DNA of 64,000 nt from Octopus bimaculoides (lineage: Eukaryota). Positions 37,601 to 49,718 of the stretch are shown piece by piece. The stretch is from contig NC_068984.1 of NCBI RefSeq assembly GCF_001194135.2, forward strand, positions 20,290,862 to 20,354,861. The letters are read 5' to 3'. The number at the start of each line of letters is the position of its first letter. The first letter of the stretch is position 1. The translations under genes were made by a program, and so were the position numbers. The notes beneath the pieces were generated by a model that was given only the letters and a program-made list of their open reading frames with translations, searched no databases and was not told where the DNA came from.

Positions 37601-40600
37601 AAAAGCTGAACATTAGAAGCATCAGTTGTGGCGTGCNNNNNNNNNNNNNNNNNNNNNNNNNNNNNNNNNNNNNNNNNNNNNNNNNNNNNNNNNNNNNNNN
37701 NNNNNNNNNNNNNNNNNNNNNNNNNNNNNNNNNNNNNNNNNNNNNNNNNNNNNNNNNNNNNNNNNNNNNNNNNNNNNNNNNNNNNNNNNNNNNNNNNNNN
37801 NNNNNNNNNNNNNNNNNNNNNNNNNNNNNNNNNNNNNNNNNNNNNNNNNNNNNNNNNNNNNNNNNNNNNNNNNNNNNNNNNNNNNNNNNNNNNNNNNNNN
37901 NNNNNNNNNNNNNNNNNNNNNNNNNNNNNNNNNNNNNNNNNNNNNNNNNNNNNNNNNNNNNNNNNNNNNNNNNNNNNNNNNNNNNNNNNNNNNNNNNNNN
38001 NNNNNNNNNGTAGGATTTTTGAGCGAGATCGTTGCCAGTGCCCCTGGACTGGCTTGTGCGGGTGGCACATAAAAAGACACCATTTCGTGCAGGTGACACG
38101 TAAAAGCACCCACTACACTCTCTGAGTGGTTGGCGTTAGGAAGGGCATCCAGCTGTAGAAACTCTGCCAAATCAGACTGGAGCCTGGTGTTGCCATCCGG
38201 TTTCACCAGTCCTCAGTCAAATCGTCCAACCCATGCTAGCATGGAAAGCGGACGTTAAACGATGATGATGATGATGATGATGACATGCTTAAACTGTGAC
38301 CATCATGTCATTTTCTCAGATACATTACACTCATGACCACATTATTAAATGTGTTCTTTCTATGACTTTGAGATGTGTTTGAAGAAAATTTCGTTGCTGT
38401 TTTTGTGCAGATTGTTTCACTCTGTTTGGCTCCAAAGTTGTTGGGTTGATCATATCAGGTCTAACTGAAAACAGCCTTTGTCATAGGTAATCAGACATCT
38501 CAAGTCAACATACAGTGAACTCAACATTTATAAATATATATATCCATGGTGTGTGCATGTGTATGTATGTACATACATACATATACACACACATATATAT
38601 ATATATCTTATAGTAAAAATGGATACATAAGGGTGGAAAATCACAGGAACAATACCATATGTCCAACGTAAGATACAATATGTGTGTTCAATTCCTTCAA
38701 GAATCAATAAATGAATTTATAGTATTCAGTCTCTAAAGTGTCTAAAAGGTACGGTAAAAAGACCAGCAAATACAACAATAATCCTGTCCTAATGTACACG
38801 TTCTTAATATAATACATGTAAATTTATAACTTCATCATACCGTATATATTTACCCATTATATGTTATATCATAATGTATGTTTACACATCGTAATGTTTT
38901 AACTTTAATTTGTCATATTTTTATACAACTTAGAAATCATGCATATTTATAAATATTCTTTTAATAAATATTTTGAACATTCATGATATTTCTAAAGTTT
39001 TTATTGTTGTATTTGCTGGTCTTTTTACCGTACCTTTTAGACACTTTAGAGACTGAATACTATAAATTCATTTATTGATTCTTGAAGGAATTGAACACAC
39101 ATATTGTATCTTACGTTGGACATATGGTATTGTTCCTGTGATTTTCCACCCTTATGTATCCATTTTTACTATAAGANNNNNNNNNNNNNNNNNNNNNNNN
39201 NNNNNNNNNNNNNNNNNNNNNNNNNNNNNNNNNNNNNNNNNNNNNNNNNNNNNNNNNNNNNNNNNNNNNNNNNNNNNNNNNNNNNNNNNNNNNNNNNNNN
39301 NNNNNNNNNNNNNNNNNNNNNNNNNNNNNNNNNNNNNNNNNNNNNNNNNNNNNNNNNNNNNNNNNNNNNNNNNNNNNNNNNNNNNNNNTATATATATATA
39401 TATATATATATATATGGATGAGGACAGCTATGTGTCACACCCTAGCAGTAGAGGGAACCTGTGGAAGAGGTAGACTCAGGAAGACCTGGAGTGAGGTGGT
39501 GAAGCATGACCTTTGAATGTTAGGCCTCATGAAGGTATGACGAGTGATCGAGACCTTTGGAGATATGCTGTGCTTAAGAAGACCCAGCAAGCCAAGTGAG
39601 ACCCTAACCATGGCCTATGCTAGTGTAGTATAACCAGCCCATTTAAGAGTACCTTTCAATACTGGACAATAAACTGTGCTTGCAAAGACCTGTTGAGTCA
39701 AGTGAAGTCATTCTCGTTGCCAATGACAGTCCCGCCTGACTGGTCCCATGCCAGTGGCATGTAAAAAGCACTGTTCAAGCATGGTCATTGCCAGTGCTGC
39801 TGGACTGGCTCCCATGCCGGTGGCATGCAAAAAACACCATTTGAGCATGGTCGTTGCCAGTGCCACCTGACTGGCTCCCATGCCAGTGGCACATAAAAAG
39901 CACCCACTAGACTCTTGGAGTAGTTAGCGTTAAGAAGGGCAATAGAAATTCTGTGTGTGTGTGTGCATGCGCTTGTCTACTTGCCTTGATAGGCTGTTGA
40001 TTCTTACTTGTGGATCATTGAAGAGTTTCTCAAACCTGTCCACCTATGCCAAGCTGGAAAATTAAATGCATAGCAATGATAAATAGGAATATTGAATAAG
40101 AAGTTTATCTTATTTTTATTTCTTATTTCAGATGTGCTGTCATCTTGTAGTTACATTTGGGAATATAGAGGCAGTGCTTTTGTTTCTTGTGAGGCATATG
40201 AATTATGATATATTCTCCACCATCTTTATATACTGCTTCATACAATTACTTTTATCTAATTATTATATTTGCAGGTACATTTTGATGACAGTCAGTTTGA
40301 ATACAAACACACACCTGAGGGGACTGGCAGGTGTTTGAAACCAGGTGCTATTCCAACACTATTTGATATGCAGTCTGGAACCATTTGTCAGTCTAATTTA
40401 ACTTCCCTTCACACTAGCCAATCCCGGAGACATAAGAAAATTGTTGGTGAGTTCAATCCCATACTGTGTTTGTCAAATCTCGAGCAGAGAAACCATCAAC
40501 TACCAGGGCTGTCAAAACATACAAGTATTTCTACAAACATCTTCAATGCTACAAGCAGTCACAATATTATTGATATGAACTTCTTTAAAAAGAAACAGAC

Positions 40601-41657
40601 TGAGAAAATAGTTAATTCTCTTCCTATTACTTCATACATTGATGAACAGACAAACTTTTCTCAGCTTTCAAATCAAATTCAATACAACTATCACAGGAAA
40701 CCTCAAGCCCCAGGCTCTAATGATACACTAACATTTCCTTCCAAAAGAATGGAGTCTATTCATCAACCAAATCTTTCTCTTCCAACTAATGAAAGTGTTG
40801 CTTCTATGTTGCCTGTTCCTTCACACCATCTTCTACATACTGAATCACCTAATGTAAATTTACAGCCTCTTCTACAACCTGGAGAAATTAAAGTAGAGTA
40901 TGTAGAAGACTCTTCTCAGAACTCAGAAGAGAGAAACATTGGTGAACAAGTAAAGACCACCTCACCTCATCTTTCATCCCCCAAATTACATACTGTTAAA
41001 TTATCCAGTGAAAATATTCAAAATCCATTGTTACAAGATCAAGCAGAAACTTCGGAAATGTATCCTCAGACCCATCTTGGAAATTTTTCTTCATTGATGT
41101 CCCATGAGTCAAAAGAACCTAGAAACTATCCAAGCAACACTACATTGATAAAGGATATTGAAATTGAGTCAAATGCTTCTAAAGATGAAGAAGATCTTCA
41201 GTTTCAGAGACTGTCTGATCAATCAGATGTTGGCATAAAGAAAGACACAGTGAAGACTATAAAAAGTCATTTCAGTCCAACTATTTCTTTACATTCCAAT
41301 TCAATTTACAATCAAGGTTTACAATATTCATCTCAGTCCAATGTCACAAAAGTCGAAACTTCCATATTAAAATCTCCTGTGACTACCCCTGATGTGCTTG
41401 TCAATGAAATTGAATCAAAACACTCATATTACTTTCATATGTCAAGTGACTCACGGATACAAACATCTGAACCAAATGAGAATATTAGCAAGCAGGATTT
41501 AGAATGCCATAGATTTGTAAGGGGAGCTCAGAACCTAGAGAATAATGAATCTTTTAATAATAGAGTTGATATAAGAAATATTGGGCCGTGTTATACACCA
41601 ATCTCTGAATCAGGTAACATATCAATTTATTATTACCTTCTTTCTGTGCAGAGAGCA

Positions 41658-41705
<48 letters not shown>

Positions 41706-42542
41706 ATCGTGTATCATTACTTCCCAGATTTCTGACTCTCTAAAGCTCTCTCCCCACTCATATTTTTATTTTTAACTGAAGACATTGGTTTATACGAGTT
41801 CAAATTGAATATCAGTTGCATTGGTCTCCTTAATTTTAGTAAAGTTTGCAAACAGTGGCTTTTCCTCCACAAATGCATTGCATAAAAATGCCTAGTGTAT
41901 GAAAAATGGATGCAAATAACAAATCCAATATTGATAAATACATTTTGTAGGAGACTTCTTAAAGGAGGGTACATACATGCTACATGTAACCTACTTCAAA
42001 TATATTGTTTTGATTTTTTTATACTCTAATTTAGATACCAGAACTTGCCACTACCTGCAAGTTCATAAAAAAGTTCCTATTGTCTTTTGGTTAAATAAAT
42101 ATTTAATGTATTATTAACGCCATTTTTCTCTCTTTTTCTTAATCTAGTATCAACAAGTCCAAGAGTTACAAAGTTCCATGAAAGAATCAGTCCAAATATT
42201 ATGCAAAAAAGAGACAAACAATTGCCAAAAAGTAGAATTAACCATAAACTTGTATCAGTGGAAAATTTACATCGGAAATTGAAAGAAGAAAAGAGAAAAT
42301 GTCAAAAATTGAGACTCGAGAACCAAAAGTTGAGAAAACAACTTGGTCCTCTTCGGAATTTGCAAAACTGGATTAACAGGCTTCTTAACACTAATGAAAG
42401 CAACCAGTTTGAAGAACTGAACTTTCGAGAAAACTCAACTGATACACTTCAAAAGGCTCTTAAACTCTGTTCTACAGTATGTGGTTATTTATGCAATGTT
42501 GTCAGTCTTCCATTTTATTCAAATATTACTAGATCAATATAG
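34611..42542 (+). CDS. THAP domain protein, 634 aa, 3 exons (34611-34781, 40275-41613, 42148-42542): THAP zinc finger, long S/T/Q/E-rich linker, coiled coil, truncated P-element-transposase-like tail
   Basis: C2CH THAP signature MVGCSAPNC...RFP...RQIW...RLCE|VHF...LKPGAIPTLF is joined by a phase-0 GT-AG intron. Exon 2 is 1339 nt open with donor GTAACA (phase 1). Exon 3 has acceptor tctag and stays in frame to TAG. Total 1905 nt. Confidence 0.88.
37311..38283 (+). mobile_element. 5'-truncated, young RTE-clade LINE spanning an N gap, with (GAT)n tail
   Basis: Intact peptide DQVSSGGGCAESVAARIRIAWAKFRELLPLL...LHGSETWAV...EASMLRWMC; 3' UTR and tail follow the gap. Confidence 0.88.
38606..39176. 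mobile_element. MITE/foldback with perfect 176-bp terminal inverted repeats in a (TA)n tract
   Basis: 38606-38781 is the exact reverse complement of 39001-39176 by manual comparison; 219-bp AT-rich spacer. Confidence 0.8.
39415..39940 (+). mobile_element. Older RTE-clade LINE 3' fragment (end of ORF plus 3' UTR)
   Basis: MDEDS...LAVEGTCGRGR.RKTW.EVVKHDL...SDRDLWRYAVL, followed by the family 3' UTR. Confidence 0.8.
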
Positions 42543-45500
42543 AAGAATAAGTATTACCATAACTCTTCTTTCTTTGAGTAGTTTTTACTCCAGTGATGCA
42601 GAAGTAAGAATTCCTTACCTTTAAAGTTAAGGCACCAGATGAACCATATAGACATAAGTTCAAACCTTCCTACAACAGCTATTTATTATGTCTTGTACTT
42701 GAACTTGATATATAATTGTGCTTGTTATGCTTGTCTGGATAGCAACAGATTTCACAGTAAAATGAAGTTTGAAACAAGTAAATCTACTTGCTCAGAGATA
42801 TATTGCAATTCCCACAGTTTGATATCCATTCACAACAGAATATTGCAGTGTTATCTTACAATAATTCCTAAGCGATGAAATAGAACTGAAATTACAGCAG
42901 TATTGGTTGGTCAAAGGTTGGCTACGAAATGCTAAAAGAAGTTTAAATATGACAGAGCCTCACTATTAGTGAAATAAGAATGTAAATAGATTCTTTCTAT
43001 ACTATTGACATGTGGGAAAATATGGGTGAGAGTCTCCTGACTCTCCAATCAACAGCATAGATCAGCTACTTTTAAAGCAGTCATCAGTTATGCCAGCATC
43101 ATAGTGGATACCCTAATTAGAAAGAATGCATTTACTTTCTTATTTAACCTGCAGTAGATTTTGTAATATTCAAATTTATTTCACTTCTGATTTATGCAGT
43201 ATTGTTCATTAATAGAATAAGAAGTATTCCACACCCAAAACATTATTTGCTCAGGAGTATAACTGGTTATGATTCTCTTTAAAAAAAATACTGCATCTGT
43301 TTCTGATAGCTACTCCTTGAATAAGGAGTAACAAAGTGTGTGTTTAAATTAAATTTTTTTATTATTATCAGCTTTAATTGTCATTTTAAATAAGCTAAAT
43401 ATAAAATGTACTTTACCATGAAAAATATAATAATAAAAATAATAATCCTTTCTACGAAAGGTACATGGCCTGAAATTTGGGGGAGGGGGATAGTTGATTA
43501 CATTGAGCTCAGTGCAGAATTGGTACTTTTTTTCAAACTCAAAATAGTGAAAGGCAAATTAGCCTTGGTAGAATTTCATCTCAGAATTTAAAAAGCCAGA
43601 AGAAAAGCTGCTAGACATTTTGTCTACTGCCCTAATTGTTCTGTCATTTCATTGCCTCGTAATTGTTTCCGATATAGGCACAAAGTGAGCATATTTCAGG
43701 AGAGAGGTTTGTTGTCTTTATTTGTTTGTCAACTACTTTACACAGCTTTATGATGTCAGCATTCGTAAGGTTACCTTGTACTTCTGAAGCCTATAGTGTG
43801 TATATATACAATCATCATTTAATATCCACTTTTCCATGCTTGCATGGGTTAGATGGAATTCGTCTCAGTAAATTTTATATGTATACATACCCTTCCTATT
43901 GACAACCCTCACCTGTTATTGAGCAATATTTCCTGTGGCCAGACAGGTTTTTACGAAAAATGTGCAGAATTGTAATACTTATTTAACGATCATAGTTACA
44001 GGCTACATGCCTGACCCTCTCATACTTGTTCTGCAGTTTAGAATTAACTTATTTAGTTACTGTATTTTGCCTGTGCCATTTATTGTAGTCATTAGCCTCA
44101 GAACTTGTCTTCTAAACTGGGAGAAGTATAGATTTTTTAATATATAGCTTCTTGCAATAGCTTACTACCATTAGCTCAATTCCTCCTGGTCCAAATGCTC
44201 ATTCATAGTTAAATTACATATTGTTACCTTTCAATATACAACTACAGTTGCACAATTGTTTGTCTGGTGTGATTAGGATTTTCAAACTGCATTCTTTCAG
44301 AGAAAGCTGTAGCTTTCAATCCAACAACTATTCTAACATTTAAGAATTTGCCATGTAAAGCTCCCTACTCATATTTTTTCTGCTAGTGCATACAATAGAA
44401 TTATGGGTTTACAGTTCACTTACAAACTGTTAGTAAATTGTGTTTCTTCAACACAGAAAATCAGTGTGGGTTTTTTTTTTTTTTTTGTTAAAGTGTGTTT
44501 CAGTTGATTTTCTTTGCTCTAGATTATAGATTATTCGGATGATTTTCGCACAAACTCTTCTTTTATTCATGTGGTATTACTTCACAGAATTATTGTGAGA
44601 TAATAATTTCTTCATAATATTTGGTGGGATTAGAATTTTGAATTTGAAATTAAGGAACAAGCAAAAAAAATTGCATAGAATACTTATTTAATTACTTATT
44701 TATTATGAAATTAATTAAATATTTTAATGAAGCAAGACTTTTTTGTAGATGAGAAATAATTAGTCTGAAAGAAATTTATGGAAATTGTATTTCCTTTTTC
44801 TTCGTAGATTGTAAGTTAATTTCTTTTTGCTGTCAGCTTGATTTTTTTTTTTTTCAAAGAACCCCTTTATTTTTGTAGATCCATCATTGTATGTATCATG
44901 TGTGAATTAAGTGTGTGCTTCTCAATATCCAGTACTAATTGTAAATTCCTTCAGTGAGCTTTTAATTGGAATTACTAAAGGACTTCTTTTGGCAGCTAAT
45001 TAATTTTTTGACTGGGTTTGACTCACTAAAAACTCTTTGCTTAAATATGTAAATAGATGGATTAAATTTGGAAAAATATTTTTAGATTATTTGACTGTGT
45101 TATAACATCATTAGCACTGACAAATTATAATCTTACACTTATTTTTTCCAAAGACAAACATGTTTTTTTAGTAACAATGGAAATTTTTCTGAACAATTTT
45201 CTGTGATGAGCCTAAATATAAAGTGCTAAAATATTGTCAGAAAATTTTTTTGTGCAAAACTATTGATAATTTTTTAGAAGAATCTTCCATAGTTCAGACA
45301 TGCTAAAAGATCATTAATGCACTTAATTTCCACTACTTTGAAAATCTACAAATCGGCTGCCTGAAGAAGAGACAATACTTAGATTTATATTACAGAAGAG
45401 AAAAGAACAAATTACTTATCAAAACATGGTGAAAAGTTAATTTGAAAGATATTTGGTGTTTCTGATTTTACCAGAATATTAGGTTGTGAAATGTTTTCAA

Positions 45501-45749
45501 TAGAAACATGTTAAATTAAAATAAATATTGAGTAAAAGAAAATTTACAAAATCAAGGTAAATTTTATCCTTTGCTATATTTTACACACAGATTATATCTT
45601 GTAAAACAAAAATTCAATGTACAGATGGAACAATATTATTATTATTTCTTATGTAAAATAAATGTGCTTAACTACTCTGTTATTAAAATGCCAATTTGTT
45701 CTGATTGTTGTTGTTGTTGTTATCATTATTATTATTATTATTATTATTA

Positions 45750-46510
45750 AGGTGGTGAGCTGGCAGAATCCTTAGCATGCTGAACAAGACGCTTAGTGGT
45801 ATTTTGTCCATCACTATTTTCTGAGTTCAAATTCTGCTGAGATTGACATTGCCTTTCATTCTTTCAGGGTTGATAAATTAAGTACCAGTGAAACACTGAG
45901 GTTGATGTAATCGACTATTCCTCTCCCCCAAATTTCAGGCCTTGTACCTATAGTAGAAAGGATTATTACTATTATTATTATTAATGTGGTCAGCTGGCAG
46001 AATCATAACCATGTCAGACTAAATGCTTTGTGGCATTTGATCTGACTCTTTACATTGTGTGTTCAAATCCCACCACAGTCAACTTAGCCTTTCATTCTTT
46101 TGGAGTTGATAAAATAAAATATCAGTTATGTATAGAGATCAATGTAATCAACTTCCTCCTCCCCTCAAAACTGTTGGCTTTGCATCAAATTTTAAAACCA
46201 TTATTATCATTATAACTATGGCGGTGAGCTGGGAGTATTATTAACACATCAGACAAAATGCTTAGTAGCATTTCTTATGGTTCTTTATATTCTGAGGTCA
46301 AATACTGCCGAGGTCAACTTGGCTTTCATCCTTTCGAGGTCAATAAAATAAGGTACCAATCAACATAAATGACTTACTCCTTTCCTCGAAACTGCTGGTC
46401 TTGTACCAAAAGTGGAAAGAATCTTAAGGCTGCAAGCTGGCAGAATTGTTAGCACATCAGACAAAATGCTTAATGGCATTTCTCTTGGCTCTTTATGTTC
46501 TGAGTTCATC
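45750..46510 (+). mobile_element. Head-to-tail array of 3 full copies plus 1 partial copy of SINE family B
   Basis: GAGCTGGCAGAAT-like heads at about 45755, 45990, 46225 and 46435, each following the preceding A/T-rich tail. Confidence 0.75.
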
Positions 46511-47774
46511 TTCATCACTTAATGTCCATTTTCCATGCTGGCATGGGTAGGTCAGTTTGACAGGAACTGGCAAGTCAGAAGATTGCACAAAGCTCTGCTG
46601 TTTTAGTATGATTTCTATAGCTGGGTGCCCTTCCTATTACCTATCACTTTACAGAGTGTACTGGGTGCTTTTTATGTGGCATCGGCAGCAGTGAGATCAC
46701 CAAGTAGCTTGCAGGACAAGACCTCCTCAATTGAGCTGGAGAGTAGTATTGGGGGACAGAAAAAGGTGTCTTGCATTCAAAGAAATACATGGCTACCTCA
46801 AATGCAGAGAGGAGGCAGGGCAACATACCCAAGCTAAAGAGTAGTGTATATAGTGGAATAGAGGTGGGTAGGTAGAAGAGTTCACAAGATTTCGAAAGGA
46901 GAGTGGGAGCTAGAGGTTGAGGGAAGGGGGTTTAACAGGGTTGCATTGTATGCAGGTAGGAAAGGGGATACCTGAGGGGGAATCAGCAGTGATGAGCATG
47001 GATGGGCTGCAGGGGAGACACATATATATATGACATTGTTGAAAACATGAAAATCACAAATTAAATAACCAGTTCTCCCCCACCAAAATAGATTTCAAAG
47101 GTTGGCACAAAACTACACATTTGGGTGGGTGCAGGGTCAATTCAATTGATTCTAGAACTTGACTGGTACTAATTTTATCACATGAGAATGATGAAAAGCA
47201 AAAGTGACTTTGACAATGGATTCACAAATACAAAGAGATGTAACTTGATAGTGGAAGCAATTTTTCTGTTCTATTGATTCTGTTAATCAGACAATTCTGA
47301 CTTAATTCTTCAAATTTCTAGATTCATCACCAACAATCATATTTTTAAAAATATTTTTACTAGGTGTGACTGCAGAAGCAAATAATTTTACAGTAAAATA
47401 AATTGGAAAAAAATATTTTTATAGATCTGATACTTGCTTCTTCATAGACAAAAGTGTTCACAAATTAAATGCTAATTTGTATCTGCATTGCAAGAAAGTG
47501 TAAAATTATTAAGGATATTCTTGGCTATAGTAAACTTCATAGGATTGAAGTTTACTATAGCCATATCATTAGATAGCCCAGTCTTAATTCATATTAGTAT
47601 AAAGAGTTACTTCCCTTGTTCCCATATATCGAACCCTTTCGTTAACAAATAAACCAGAGAATAACTTTAGATAGTTCAAGTCAGTAAATATTTATTTTTA
47701 TAGATTTATAAAACAACAAAAGTAAAAAACACAAAAAATAATAGGGTTTTTTTTCCGATTCAGTTATTAAATTA

Positions 47775-48189
47775 CGTTTATGTATTTGTTCTGCAAGATT
47801 CCTGATGTGAAATCTTGTGTTGAAACAGATATTGTTATATTTCGAGACGGTCATTTCCCGTCCCACTTCGGCCAAATAAACACGCGCTACATACTCGTTC
47901 ATCACTTCAGCTTTGTTATTGTTCTTATCCTAGTCTCCTTTGTTTCTTGTTTTTATTTTAGTGCCCTTAATCAGAAATCTTTTATCACACATTCTGTAAC
48001 CTCTTCAACGACACTCCATCCCAAGTGTCTCCCTTTGTCTGAAATCTTTTGTCACACATCCTGCATGACGAAAGATTTTAAACAAAGGACACTAAAATAA
48101 GAACAATAATGAAGCTGAAGTGATGAACGAATATGTAGTGCGGGTGTTCATTTGGCAAAAGGGGGGGGATGATTATCCTGAAATATAAT
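47775..48189. repeat. Interspersed repeat (homologous to 59715-59950) containing an about 110-bp diverged inverted repeat
   Basis: Shared TATGTATTTGTT...GAAACAGATATTGTTATATTTC; arms at 47834-47945 and 48080-48189. Confidence 0.65.
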
Positions 48190-48261
48190 TATGTTATTGA
48201 ATGAACAGAAAAGACTTGCTTTTGTACTTTCACCATAATTTTTTTTTTTTTTTTTTTTTAA

Positions 48262-48513
48262 TATTAGACATGGTGGAAAATTGATTTCCTACCATGTCTT
48301 ATAATAATAATGATGAGAAAGTCATAAAAATTAAGCATTTCTATTACAAAAACTTCATTTCTGTATTACGTATATTCACGTCAGATGGTTAGACAATTTA
48401 GGCCTTAACGTGAGGCAAGTTGGGACATAAATGTACATAATACAGAAATGAAGCTTTTTTAATAGAAATTCTTAATTTTTATGACTTTCTCATCACTATT
48501 ATTATAAGACATG
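48262..48513. mobile_element. MITE-like foldback, right end runs into an N gap
   Basis: CATGTCTTATAATAATAATGATGAGAAAGTCATAAAAATTAAG at 48293 pairs with the sequence ending ATTATAAGACATG at 48513; small subterminal hairpin AGACATGGT/ACCATGTCT. Confidence 0.65.
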
Positions 48514-49504
48514 NNNNNNNNNNNNNNNNNNNNNNNNNNNNNNNNNNNNNNNNNNNNNNNNNNNNNNNNNNNNNNNNNNNNNNNNNNNNNNNNNNNNNNN
48601 NNNNNNNNNNNNNNNNNNNNNNNNNNNNNNNNNNNNNNNNNNNNNNNNNNNNNNNNNNNNNNNNNNNNNNNNNNNNNNNNNNNNNNNNNNNNNNNNNNNN
48701 NNNNNNNNNNNNNNNNNNNNNNNNNNNNNNNNNNNNNNNNNNNNNNNNNNNNNNNNNNNNNNNNNNNNNNNNNNNNNNNNNNNNNNNNNNNNNNNNNNNN
48801 NNNNNNNNNNNNNNNNNNNNNNNNNNNNNNNNNNNNNNNNNNNNNNNNNNNNNNNNNNNNNNNNNNNNNNNNNNNNNNNNNNNNNNNNNNNNNNNNNNNN
48901 NNNNNNNNNNNNNNNNNNNNNNNNNNNNNNNNNNNNNNNNNNNNNNNNNNNNNNNNNNNNNNNNNNNNNNNNNNNNNNNNNNNNNNNNNNNNNNNNNNNN
49001 NNNNNNNNNNNNNNNNNNNNNNNNNNNNNNNNNNNNNNNNNNNNNNNNNNNNNNNNNNNNNNNNNNNNNNNNNNNNNNNNNNNNNNNNNNNNNNNNNNNN
49101 NNNNNNNNNNNNNNNNNNNNNNNNNNNNNNNNNNNNNNNNNNNNNNNNNNNNNNNNNNNNNNNNNNNNNNNNNNNNNNNNNNNNNNNNNNNNNNNNNNNN
49201 NNNNNNNNNNNNNNNNNNNNNNNNNNNNNNNNNNNNNNNNNNNNNNNNNNNNNNNNNNNNNNNNNNNNNNNNNNNNNNNNNNNNNNNNNNNNNNNNNNNN
49301 NNNNNNNNNNNNNNNNNNNNNNNNNNNNNNNNNNAACTCAATGGCATTTTTTAAAAATGAAATACCTGAGAATGTTTATAATTAAATAGGTTTGAACAAA
49401 AATTTTTACGTCATTTACTTCTATTTTTACCTCCCAACTGAATTTTGCTTAAGCACATACACTCCTTGTTTTTAAAATCATTAAGTATTACTTAAGAACA
49501 TTGC

Positions 49505-49718
49505 TTAACCCTTTAGCATTCAGATTACTCAGTCAAATGTAATGCTTATTTATTGACATCGTGTATTATATCATAGCTTCAAGATTTTGATGATATAATT
49601 GTATATTTTTAGAATGACATTGTAGGGTAGGTGTGAGAAACCAGATATGACTGGTTTGAACATAAATAAAACAGAATATTTGGGCCTGATATGGCCAGTT
49701 TAAATGCTAAAGGGTTAA
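49505..49718. mobile_element. piggyBac-type MITE
   Basis: TTAA-CCCTTTAGCATT ... AATGCTAAAGGG-TTAA: perfect 12-bp TIR and TTAA duplication. Confidence 0.85.

Noticed and set aside
5980-38206. Recurrent ORFs [32 protein letters not shown]
   Set aside because: Antisense reading of the high-copy RTE 3' UTR repeat, not a gene family.
42543-42700. Possible decayed continuation of the P-like transposase after the THAP stop (LKLRHQMN)
   Set aside because: The similarity is too weak to support by eye, with several stops and no DDE motif seen.
44808-44810. Strong acceptor + ATT + GTAAGT, a 3-nt microexon look-alike (a similar 10-nt case lies near 44880)
   Set aside because: It lies beyond the THAP stop codon with no downstream exon to join, and such words occur by chance in T-rich DNA.
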